From assembly GCA_905479875.1 (NCBI GenBank), contig CAJQOG010000123.1, positions 1 through 40,848 on the forward strand: DNA of 40,848 nt, written 5' to 3'. This document shows positions 9,140 to 20,261 of this stretch, piece by piece. The translations under genes were made by a program, and so were the position numbers. How positions within the stretch are numbered: the first letter of the stretch is position 1; each line of letters starts with the position of its first letter. Origin of the DNA: an uncultured Gammaproteobacteria bacterium (lineage in GTDB: Bacteria; Pseudomonadota; Gammaproteobacteria; Steroidobacterales; JABDMI01). The notes under the pieces were generated by a model that worked only from the letters and a program-made list of their open reading frames with translations, did no database searches and was not told where the DNA came from.

Positions 9140-9274
9140 TTATGCAGATAGTACCTTGCGGCCTTTAGCGCGACGACGCTTAAGCACTAAGCGTCCACCT
9201 TTTGTAGCCATACGAGCACGGAAACCGTGAGCACGTTTACGTTTTAAAGTACTTGGTTGGAATGTACGTTTCAT
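9140..9274 (-). CDS. rpmH: 50S ribosomal protein L34
   Basis: Not in the ORF track (44 aa). Manual translation [44 protein letters not shown]. Confidence 0.99.
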   Translation of the reverse strand: MKRTFQPSTLKRKRAHGFRARMATKGGRLVLKRRRAKGRKVLSA

Positions 9275-9384
9275 AATCTTTAACCTAATTGATCGTCGTT
9301 ATAAGTAATTCATCTCTGTCTCATATAGCGACTAGTTTTTTACTAGGCCAAATGGATGCATATCACGACGTTGACGAACCGCGC

Positions 9385-9413
9385 AGAATACGGATTAGAC
9401 CTTGTTTTGTCAA
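9385..9413 (-). promoter_or_regulatory. Sigma70 promoter of the rpmH operon
   Basis: Minus strand TTGACA (9413-9408), 17-bp spacer, TATTCT (9390-9385), followed by a GC-rich discriminator GCGCGG. Confidence 0.8.
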
Positions 9414-9697
9414 GCTAAAATAGCTTTAATGCTGGTATTCTTGAGAATGATTCTAAGTTGCTATGATGGCTTAAAACCTGAGTTCTAGGCTTTAAAGCGG
9501 GTAAAAATTAATCGCACCACTAAGGTCAAGAGCAACTTTACTCTGAAAGGAATTTAATTTTAAGCTGGGACAAGCCTATAGTCTCCGCAGAATTTTACAC
9601 TGCTAAACTTTACAAATAAGTCAAAATTCATTTTTTGATTTATTTTTAGGCATTTTTCTCTATAAATATTAGGCTCTTAGCTAATTTAAGCAATATT

Positions 9698-9737
9698 TTA
9701 TCCACAGGCTGGTCTGGTGCTTTCACAGTGGTACACT
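9698..9737 (+). promoter_or_regulatory. dnaA promoter region with DnaA box (autoregulation) and extended -10
   Basis: Perfect DnaA box TTATCCACA at 9698-9706; TG-G-TACACT at 9729-9737. Confidence 0.65.
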
Positions 9738-9805
9738 AAGCGCCCTTTGCATTATTCTAAAAATTGTATTAATGCCTATTTGTTTATTTATTGGAGTTAG
9801 TTAAA

Positions 9806-11167
9806 TTGTCTCATGCATGGCAATTTTGTTTAGATACCCTGAAACTGGAACTCGATCAAGAGCAGTTCAATATCTACTTACGCCCTCTCCACGTTAAGGC
9901 TCACGACAATACTATTCGTTTGTATGTACCTAATAATTTTGTAAGACGTTATATTGAGCAAAATTTACTCAAACGCATCACCGAATTACTCAAAACTAAA
10001 ATTCCATCGGTCAATGTGCAACTGGAAGTCGGTAACCCTACTGAGAATAATGAACCGGTTATTGCGGCCTCAGTTATTGCAACTGATTATGCGATAGACC
10101 AAGTCTCGGCTACCGGTGTTAAGCACACAAATAAGCCGTTTATAATAAATAGCCGTCTAAACCCCGATTTTACTTTTGATAGCTTTGTTGCCGGTAAAAG
10201 TAACCAACTGGCTCGTGCTGCTGCTTTCCAGGTCGCGCAAAACCCTGGACATTCTTATAATCCACTGTTTATTTACGGTGGAGTTGGTTTAGGTAAAACG
10301 CATTTAATGCACAGCATTGGCAATGCCATGTTGGCACACAACCCACAAGCCAAAATTGCCTATGTGCATTCCGAACGCTTTGTGGGTGACATGGTAAGAG
10401 CCTTACAACATAACTCAATAGATAACTTTAAACATACCTATAGATCGCTCGATGCGTTGTTAATTGATGACATACAATTCTTTGCTGGGAAAGAGCGTTC
10501 GCAAGAAGAATTTTTTCATACCTTTAATGCTTTAATGGATGCCAAACAACAAATAGTTTTAACCTCTGATCGCTACCCTAAAGAAGTATCTGGTTTAGAA
10601 GAGCGTTTAAAATCACGTTTTGGTTGGGGATTAACTGTTGCTATTGAACCACCCGAATTAGAAACCAGTGTGGCCATCTTAATGCAAAAAGCTCATCAAT
10701 CACAAATTCAATTACCAGAGAATGTTGCCTTTTTTATAGCACAAAACATACGTTCTAATGTGCGTGAACTCGAAGGTGCCCTGCGTCGTGTAGTGGCCAA
10801 TTCACGGTTTTTAGGTGAGCCCATTTCTATTGAGTTTGCAAAAAAAGCTTTAAGTGATTTATTGGCAGTACAAGAAAAACTAATTTCTATAGACAACATA
10901 CAAAAGACCGTTGCCTCTTATTTTAAAATTAGAGTTAATGATCTTACTGCTAAAACTCGGACGCGTTCTATTGCACGGCCTCGTCAAGTTGCTATGGCTT
11001 TAGCTAAGGAGCTAACCCGTTTAAGTCTGCCAGAAATAGGAAAAGCTTTTGGTGGACGTGATCATACAACCGTTATTCATGCTCAAAAGAAAATAAAAGA
11101 GCTGCGTGAGACTGATCATAGAATGCGAGAAGATTACGATAATTTATTTAGAACACTGACTAATTAA
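9806..11167 (+). CDS. dnaA: Chromosomal replication initiator DnaA
   Basis: [17 protein letters not shown] Walker A, LLIDDIQF Walker B, GGRDHTTV domain IV. Start placed at TTG 9806 (GGAG at 9793-9796; MSHAWQFCL) rather than 9791. Confidence 0.99.
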   Translation: MSHAWQFCLDTLKLELDQEQFNIYLRPLHVKAHDNTIRLYVPNNFVRRYIEQNLLKRITELLKTKIPSVNVQLEVGNPTENNEPVIAASVIATDYAIDQVSATGVKHTNKPFIINSRLNPDFTFDSFVAGKSNQLARAAAFQVAQNPGHSYNPLFIYGGVGLGKTHLMHSIGNAMLAHNPQAKIAYVHSERFVGDMVRALQHNSIDNFKHTYRSLDALLIDDIQFFAGKERSQEEFFHTFNALMDAKQQIVLTSDRYPKEVSGLEERLKSRFGWGLTVAIEPPELETSVAILMQKAHQSQIQLPENVAFFIAQNIRSNVRELEGALRRVVANSRFLGEPISIEFAKKALSDLLAVQEKLISIDNIQKTVASYFKIRVNDLTAKTRTRSIARPRQVAMALAKELTRLSLPEIGKAFGGRDHTTVIHAQKKIKELRETDHRMREDYDNLFRTLTN

Positions 11168-11540
11168 TTAGTGTTTGTTTAGATAGTAAGTACTACAAAT
11201 TTTAGAAAATAACTCTTAAGAATTAGTATTTAGTAGATGAAGCCTTTAAGAATGTTTTACAATAATATGACCTATTATTTAGGCAAAATTTTGGGCTGTT
11301 TTACTTGTGTATAAGACTTGTATAAGCCTGTGGATAAAAATCTAATAAACTGTGTGTAAGATAATTTTTTGACTTATCCACAATTTGTCCACAGATTACA
11401 AAGTGGCTTATACAGTATTTAAACACAGAGTTAGAAATCAGTAAATCACTGATTTTAATAGAGAATTAGGCTTATCCACAGAAAATGGCTTGCCTAATAA
11501 TAGTAATAATAAAGTATATATATAAAAGGTTTTATTAATA
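11168..11540. other. oriC: Chromosomal replication origin oriC (dnaA-dnaN intergenic)
   Basis: Consensus DnaA boxes TGTGTATAA 11306-11314, TGTGGATAA 11329-11337, TTATCCACA 11374-11382 and 11472-11480. One-mismatch boxes at 11351-11359, 11385-11393 and 11419-11427. IHF-consensus match on the minus strand at 11442-11454. Trinucleotide repeats CTA ATA ATA GTA ATA ATA at 11494-11511, then TATATATATA. Confidence 0.9.
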
Positions 11541-12638
11541 ATGTTATTCACCATTTCAAGAGATTCCTTCCTAAAAACCTTACAAGCCGTCATTGGAGTT
11601 GTAGAGCGAAGACAAACAATGCCTGTTTTAGCTAATGTGCTTTTACAGGTTACTGATACTGATTTATCAATGACCGCTTCGGATTTAGAAGTTCAATTAG
11701 TGGCTGGTACTTCAGACTCACTTAAAGTGGAAAAAAATGGTGAAATTACGGTTCCTGGTCGTAAGCTTTTAGATATCTGTAAAAACCTACCAGCAGGCAC
11801 TGATTTACGTATCTCCTTAGACAAGGAGCGTGTCACCTTACGTTCTGGTCGTTCACGTTTTACTTTAGCCACCTTACCAGCTACAGAGTTTCCAGTATTG
11901 GAAGCGGTTAAGGGAGCGCAGAGCTTTAGTATTGAACAAAATAAACTTAGACAACAGATAGAACGCACTCAGTTTGCCATGGCTCAACAAGACGTACGTT
12001 ATTACCTAAATGGTATGTTGTTTGAATTAAAGAACAATGAGCTCGTTACAGTGGCCACTGATGGCCATCGTTTAGCTATGGCAGCTCAAGCGGTTAGTCA
12101 TGACACTGATGTGCAAGTAATTTTGCCACGTAAAGGTGTAATGGAGCTTTCACGTTTACTGGATAATGAAGGTGAATTAAAGATCACATTAAGTCAACAT
12201 CATTTACAAGCAGTATTCGGTAATCGTAGCTTTATTTCTAAGTTAATTGACGGAAAATTTCCTGAATATCAAAGAGTTATACCATCTTCAACCTCAAATA
12301 ATATCACTGCAGAGCGTCAATCTTTTCGTGCTGCACTGCAGCGTGCTGCAATTCTATCGAATGAGAAATTTCGTGGTATTCGTGTAGAACTTAAGGAAAA
12401 TACTTTGGGTATACATTCGCATAATCCTGAGCAAGAAGAGGCTGAAGATGCGATTGAGATTGAGTACAGTGGTGATGAAGTTGAAGTGGGTTTTAATGTT
12501 AACTATCTATTAGACGTTTTAGGTATTTTAGAATCAGATATTATTAATATCGGTTTAACCGACTCAAATAGCTCCTGCCTCATTACAGATGACAAAATGG
12601 AAGGTTGTAAGTTTGTGATCATGCCAATGCGTCTATAG
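11541..12638 (+). CDS. dnaN: DNA polymerase III beta sliding clamp
   Basis: VVERRQTMPVLANVLL, MAQQDVRYYLNG, VATDGHRLA, VIMPMRL C-terminus. Confidence 0.99.
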   Translation: MLFTISRDSFLKTLQAVIGVVERRQTMPVLANVLLQVTDTDLSMTASDLEVQLVAGTSDSLKVEKNGEITVPGRKLLDICKNLPAGTDLRISLDKERVTLRSGRSRFTLATLPATEFPVLEAVKGAQSFSIEQNKLRQQIERTQFAMAQQDVRYYLNGMLFELKNNELVTVATDGHRLAMAAQAVSHDTDVQVILPRKGVMELSRLLDNEGELKITLSQHHLQAVFGNRSFISKLIDGKFPEYQRVIPSSTSNNITAERQSFRAALQRAAILSNEKFRGIRVELKENTLGIHSHNPEQEEAEDAIEIEYSGDEVEVGFNVNYLLDVLGILESDIINIGLTDSNSSCLITDDKMEGCKFVIMPMRL

Positions 12639-12709
12639 ACCATCTTTTGAGGAATTAATACTTAATTCTTAATGACACAGCAAACTGTTTTTAAATATCT
12701 ATTAATAAT

Positions 12710-13891
12710 ATGCACCTGACTGAATTAGCGATCACGCATTTTCGCTGTTTAGATCAGGTGCTTTTATATCCCTCTCCTGGTATAAATTTTATCTTAGGTG
12801 CTAACGGAGCTGGAAAAACATCAGTACTCGAAGCCCTCTTTTGTCTTTCTAGAGGCCGCTCTTTTCGAGCTAATTCTTTAAATAAGTTAATTCAAGATGA
12901 TACTAAATCTTTTATTGTAAGAGCTAAGTTACAAACTGAAATCAGTCAGTATATTGCTCTTCAAGCTAATAGAGATAATTCTGGCTCAAATTACCAAGCT
13001 AAAATTGATGGTGAACAAATAAAGAGTTTGGTCGAACTAAGTCGTGTATTGCCTGCAGTAATAATTGATCCAGCTATACATAAACTCATTGAGGAAGGAC
13101 CAAAACTTCGCAGACAATATATTGATTGGGGAGTGTTCCACGTGGAACCTTTGTTTATTCATGAATGGAAGCGTTATCAACAAGCATTAAAACAACGTAA
13201 TGCTGGACTAAAAAAAGGTCTACCTCACACTCAATTACAAGCCTGGACAAAGATACTGATTGATTCCGGAAATAGAATTGATGAGCTTAGAAAGGCCTAT
13301 ATTGCACAATTATCGCTAGATATCAGTGATTTTGCGGCTGATTTGCTGGATTCAGAGCTAAAATTGGCATATCGCAGTGGTTGGCCTAAAGATCTTAGTT
13401 TTTCTGAGGCTCTTAATAAAAATATAGAGCGAGAACAGAAAGTAGGTTTAACTGTTGTTGGACCGCACCGAGCTGACTTGATTATTCAAGTTGGTGACCT
13501 AGTTCTCAACACTGAAGAAGAGAATGATGAAAACCTTTCTGATGATCCTTCAGATAACACCAAAAGTAAAAACCAATACTATGCTGTTCAACAACGTGTT
13601 TCTCGGGGACAACAGAAACTCATTGCGGCTAGTTTAATGTTAGCTCAAGTAAAACACTTTCGTGATATACATAATATTTCTCCCTTGCTTTTAATTGATG
13701 ATCCTTTTGCCGAATTGGATCAAGACCATTCAAATCGCCTTTTAGAAAAAATTGACTCCTTACAAGCTCAAACATTTATAACCACACTCAATTCTTTGAG
13801 CCATTCTGTCTTTGAAAACGCAACAAAGTTCCACGTGGAACATCGTAATATCTTGAAACAGAAAAATACGCAACCGACTAAAAATGATTAA
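12710..13891 (+). CDS. recF: DNA replication/repair protein RecF
   Basis: GANGAGKTSVLEA Walker A, GRSFR, GPHRADL, SRGQQK, LLIDDPFAELD; synteny. Confidence 0.97.
   Translation: MHLTELAITHFRCLDQVLLYPSPGINFILGANGAGKTSVLEALFCLSRGRSFRANSLNKLIQDDTKSFIVRAKLQTEISQYIALQANRDNSGSNYQAKIDGEQIKSLVELSRVLPAVIIDPAIHKLIEEGPKLRRQYIDWGVFHVEPLFIHEWKRYQQALKQRNAGLKKGLPHTQLQAWTKILIDSGNRIDELRKAYIAQLSLDISDFAADLLDSELKLAYRSGWPKDLSFSEALNKNIEREQKVGLTVVGPHRADLIIQVGDLVLNTEEENDENLSDDPSDNTKSKNQYYAVQQRVSRGQQKLIAASLMLAQVKHFRDIHNISPLLLIDDPFAELDQDHSNRLLEKIDSLQAQTFITTLNSLSHSVFENATKFHVEHRNILKQKNTQPTKND
13134..13149. promoter_or_regulatory. parS: parS centromere-like site 1 (inside recF)
   Basis: TGTTCCACGTGGAACC, 15/16 match to the parS palindrome TGTTCCACGTGGAACA. 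Confidence 0.85.
13827..13842. promoter_or_regulatory. parS: parS centromere-like site 2 (inside recF)
   Basis: AGTTCCACGTGGAACA, 15/16 match to parS. Confidence 0.85.
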
Positions 13892-14068
13892 AATTTAATC
13901 ATTGTGCAGCGCATCAAACGCGATTAGAATCTGCGTATTAAATAATCATTAAAAACCCGCCTTTTTAAGCAATTTTAAAATACTTTTAATACTACGACTA
14001 AGCTAAAGCAAAAAATCAGTTTAAAGCCGTTTGAAAGCGATATAGAGCAGGTGAGCTAATCTAATAAA

Positions 14069-14077
14069 TGTTATAAT
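14069..14077 (+). promoter_or_regulatory. Extended -10 promoter of gyrB
   Basis: TG-T-TATAAT about 35 nt upstream of the gyrB ATG. Confidence 0.6.
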
Positions 14078-14109
14078 TGTTGGATAATTTGAACCAAAAA
14101 GTAGAGTAA

Positions 14110-16551
<2,442 letters not shown>

Positions 16552-16573
16552 ATACATCTGAATTATTCCATAC

Positions 16574-16601
16574 AAAAGGCTGCAAGTTTGCAGCTTTTTT
16601 T
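16574..16601 (+). terminator. Rho-independent terminator after gyrB
   Basis: AAAAGGCTGCAA-GT-TTGCAGCTTTTTTT stem with U tract. Confidence 0.85.
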
Positions 16602-16670
16602 ATTGCTTTAGTTCAGTATTTTTCAAAGTAGATAAACTAACTTGTAAGCTTGAGTTAAAAAATATTTAAT

Positions 16671-17459
16671 ATGAACTTAGATAAAATTTTAAAATTAGTT
16701 AATCAAAATAATAAATTTATAATTCCAAAAAACTGGGCACAAGGACGTACAGTATATGGTGGTTTATCAGCATCTATAGCTTATCAAGCAGCAAAGAATG
16801 AGTTGCAAACAGAACGCCCTATTCGATCCATGAGTTGTAATTTTATTGGACCATTTAAGGTTGAACAGGAGTTTTTGATTGATACCGAAGTACTGCGTGA
16901 AGGTGGTAATGTTAGTTCTGTACAAACAAGTTTAATTCAAGATAAGCAAGTGAAAGTACGTGCTCAATTTGTTTTTGGTAAAGCGCGGGAAACAAAAATA
17001 AGTGTAGATAATAAAATATTACATACAATGCAAGTTCCAAAGAAACCAAGTTTTATGCCAAATATACCAGGCTTAACGCCGAAGTTCTTAGAGCACTTTG
17101 ACATACAGTTTACTGATGGTGGAAAACCTTTTACAGGAAGTAAAAAAGATCACATATATGGCTGGATGAGGTTAGCAATACCCAGTAAAAGCTTAACACA
17201 TGCACATTTAATTGCTCTTATTGACGCTTGGCCACCTACTGTATTGCAAAAACTACGTCTACCCGCTTCAGGTAGCACAATGACTTGGAATCTAAATTTT
17301 GTAAATCCGTTACAAAGTTTTTCTGACAGTGAATGGTTTGCATATCAAGCAGAAACTTTACAGTATTCAGAAGGTTATGGGATTACAACAGCAAATATTT
17401 GGGATTCGCAAGCTAATCTGATTGCAATAAGTACACAAAATGTAACGGTATTTGCATAA
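16671..17459 (+). CDS. Acyl-CoA thioesterase (TesB-like double hot-dog fold)
   Basis: WAQGRTVYGGLSA, LIDAWPP, STMTW motifs. Confidence 0.85.
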   Translation: MNLDKILKLVNQNNKFIIPKNWAQGRTVYGGLSASIAYQAAKNELQTERPIRSMSCNFIGPFKVEQEFLIDTEVLREGGNVSSVQTSLIQDKQVKVRAQFVFGKARETKISVDNKILHTMQVPKKPSFMPNIPGLTPKFLEHFDIQFTDGGKPFTGSKKDHIYGWMRLAIPSKSLTHAHLIALIDAWPPTVLQKLRLPASGSTMTWNLNFVNPLQSFSDSEWFAYQAETLQYSEGYGITTANIWDSQANLIAISTQNVTVFA

Positions 17460-17468
17460 GGTAATGGT

Positions 17469-17981
17469 ATGAAGATAATTTTTTCGCACGGTAAAGAAAG
17501 CGGGCCATGGGGCACTAAGATTAAACGGCTTGCCAAGATAGCTGAGCAATTAAATTGTTCGGTTGAAAGTATTGATTATCAAGGCATGCAAGATGCTGAT
17601 AGCCGCGTTGAGAAATTAGTGCAACATTTAAAGGATGAGACAGAAGAATATATTCTAGTTGGTTCCAGTATGGGCGGTTATGTTTCTTTAGTTGCAGCTA
17701 GTCAGTTAAACCCAAGAGGTCTATTTCTCTTAGCACCTGCTTTGTATATGCCGGGTTATGAAAGTAAAGATTACGCTTTGAATCAAAATAATGTTTGTAT
17801 TGTGCACGCCTGGGAAGATGAAATTATTCCATATGAGAATGTTCTTTTATATGCTAAAAGGACACAATGTGAATTACATTTAGTTAATAGTGATCATCGT
17901 TTAGTATCAGTATTGGAACATGTAGGGAATTATTTCATCACGTATTTACGACCTTTACTCTTGGATGATAATATCATTTGA
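17469..17981 (+). CDS. Small alpha/beta hydrolase (YqiA/YcfP-like)
   Basis: FSHGKESGPWGTKI, GSSMGG nucleophile elbow, HAWEDEII, DHRL. Confidence 0.85.
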   Translation: MKIIFSHGKESGPWGTKIKRLAKIAEQLNCSVESIDYQGMQDADSRVEKLVQHLKDETEEYILVGSSMGGYVSLVAASQLNPRGLFLLAPALYMPGYESKDYALNQNNVCIVHAWEDEIIPYENVLLYAKRTQCELHLVNSDHRLVSVLEHVGNYFITYLRPLLLDDNII

Positions 17982-20222
17982 TATGCCTTGTTGAGAAGTA
18001 TGTATGCCCTTATCAACACGACGCATGATATCTCGTGCAGTTTCAAACGCACCGTAGCATTGAGAGACGGCTAAATATATCTCTATATCAATTTGAGTAT
18101 CTTTAACAGGCATTGGTCTAAGTTCTTCTCTCATCTTATTTAGGAGCTTGCTTGTTTCTATAGCTGAAGTGTCTTTAAAGAGTAATAAAAAATCTGCATT
18201 TGCGATTCTACCTATAAATACTTTATCCTTAAAAACAGCTTTTAAGTGATCTCCTATATGATTTAGGAGTGAACGGGATATTTCAGTACCATAATCTTCG
18301 TTTATATTTATATAGTCGCTTACCTTCAATAAGGCAATAGATGAAGGTTTATCCGAGTACTGGGTATCTTTGATAAGTAAATCAAGCTCTTCAAATATAG
18401 CCGAACGATTAAGTAATTTGGTAATAGGGTCTTGTTTAAGTTCATTACGAATATCATTAACTATTTTTGTATTTAATAATGAACGTACAACTTCAGTAGC
18501 GTAACGGTGTAAAGAATTTTTTTGAGCTTCACTATAGTCTTGGTCATCTTTTAAGTTAATGAGCATTCCACTCCACTCTTGACCACGTAAGAAGACTGGG
18601 ATTACCATAAGTTTGGTTTTTTTGTGAAAGTAGGCAGAGGCTTTTTTTGGTTTTATTTCAGTAATACTGTTGCCATGACACAGTCGTGTGATTTCAATGA
18701 GATTATCATTAATTAAATCAGTGAAGTGTGATTGGTGTTTTTTTAAGTCGGTTTTTACCTGTAGTTTTGAATCAACTTGATAAACTAAAGCTGCTTTTTC
18801 AAAAGAGAATAAAGGTTTAAGTTGTTCAAAAAATCGGGTAACTATTTCATGGTCTTGATCAGCGTTTGGATTAAAACGAACGTAGTTTTTAACATGATTA
18901 ATTAAATCTGCATGTTCTTTCTCAATTTTTAAAGACAGAGTCTGTTGTCTATTGTTTTCTTGTAGTTTATGTAGTTGTTTTCTTATATCAAATACGCTAC
19001 TGGATAAACCAAAACCTATAATTAAAGCATGTAGGACAAATCCAACTTGCATTGCAGTGTGAGTGTAAACATTTTTAGGAAGACTTTCTATTGCTGTTAA
19101 TGAATAAATAATGAATGCAATAATAATTGGTATTATGGAATAAAAAATATAGCGAATGTCACGATTCCTTAGTTGCCAATGCATTAAGGGAATAATTGAA
19201 CAAGGCAAAATCAATAGTATAATTGATAAATTAAAAACGGATTCTATTAAACCTGGTAATGGACGTAAGGCAATACACAAGCCTATAATTAGTGCAAAGA
19301 ATAGTTTAACGCCTTCGGTACATTTAAACAGCCCAGTAGTGGTTGATTTCATACTAGCAAGGTTTTGAATAAGCATTATAAGAAGTAAAGCGCTAAGCGA
19401 CTTTACTAAAATTATCTTATTAGTACTTGTAGCTAGATAGCTAGCCAAAGTGTATTCAAATATTTTTCCAGAAGCGCTAGCTAAAGCTACCAATAGTCCG
19501 ATTACATATAAAGAGTACAATAAGTACTTACGTTGCCGAAGAGTAATAAAAAATAATACATTTATAACTATAGCGATTAAAAGCACACCATAAAGCATTG
19601 AGAGAAAAATATTAAAACTCATATCTTCTTTGTAATACTCATCGGCGTTCCATAACTCAACATCTAGTTTGGTATTGCTTTTAGATTTTATACGTAAGAA
19701 AGCGACTTTATAATCCTGGGTTTCAGGAAGTGTAAATACAACAGCTCGTTTTGAGTATTTAACGATTGTATTAACGGTATTGGACTTGCTTGATTCAATG
19801 GGTTTAGTAGTGTTTATGGTGGGTATAAATAATTCAACACTATGGAGCGTGTTTGGTTTTATAACTAGTAAATGGTTATTGTTCAAATAGTCATTATCAG
19901 AACGAATTATCTTAACCCAATATTCTAAGTTTTCTAAATTTCGAAAGCGAATTGGCCCACCGTAATAACTAGCGTATTGATAATTTTGATAATTTTTGTT
20001 TCGAAGTTTGTGATTACGTCTAACGTCAATAAAAACACTCAGGTCTATATCGGTTTTTTTTTCAATCTGTGTTTTTGGATTTATTGTTTGTGATGTTGAA
20101 ATTTGATTTTTGTAAATGTTCTTTTTATTTTCATCTTGTGCATATAGTAAAGAGTAACTCAATATAAGCATACAGAAAAAGAATGTTAACTTAACTAAGA
20201 GTTTTTTTGTAACACTGTTCAT
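17955..20222 (-). CDS. 7TM-DISM receptor with GAF-like region and degenerate GGDEF domain
   Basis: Signal peptide, extracytoplasmic domain, 7 TM helices, DPITKLLNR...INEDYG GGDEF framework; signature reads GRIANADF (ANADF at 18189-18203). Clear paralog of 20262-22457. Confidence 0.85.
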   Translation of the reverse strand: MNSVTKKLLVKLTFFFCMLILSYSLLYAQDENKKNIYKNQISTSQTINPKTQIEKKTDIDLSVFIDVRRNHKLRNKNYQNYQYASYYGGPIRFRNLENLEYWVKIIRSDNDYLNNNHLLVIKPNTLHSVELFIPTINTTKPIESSKSNTVNTIVKYSKRAVVFTLPETQDYKVAFLRIKSKSNTKLDVELWNADEYYKEDMSFNIFLSMLYGVLLIAIVINVLFFITLRQRKYLLYSLYVIGLLVALASASGKIFEYTLASYLATSTNKIILVKSLSALLLIMLIQNLASMKSTTTGLFKCTEGVKLFFALIIGLCIALRPLPGLIESVFNLSIILLILPCSIIPLMHWQLRNRDIRYIFYSIIPIIIAFIIYSLTAIESLPKNVYTHTAMQVGFVLHALIIGFGLSSSVFDIRKQLHKLQENNRQQTLSLKIEKEHADLINHVKNYVRFNPNADQDHEIVTRFFEQLKPLFSFEKAALVYQVDSKLQVKTDLKKHQSHFTDLINDNLIEITRLCHGNSITEIKPKKASAYFHKKTKLMVIPVFLRGQEWSGMLINLKDDQDYSEAQKNSLHRYATEVVRSLLNTKIVNDIRNELKQDPITKLLNRSAIFEELDLLIKDTQYSDKPSSIALLKVSDYININEDYGTEISRSLLNHIGDHLKAVFKDKVFIGRIANADFLLLFKDTSAIETSKLLNKMREELRPMPVKDTQIDIEIYLAVSQCYGAFETARDIMRRVDKGIHTSQQGISNDIIIQE

Positions 20223-20261
20223 TGATATTCTTTTCTTAATATTATAAATATATTGTGATAT

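Noticed and set aside
12653-12671. Small hairpin GAATTAA-TAC-TTAATTC between dnaN and recF
   Set aside because: Weak AT-rich stem with no U tract; likely chance.
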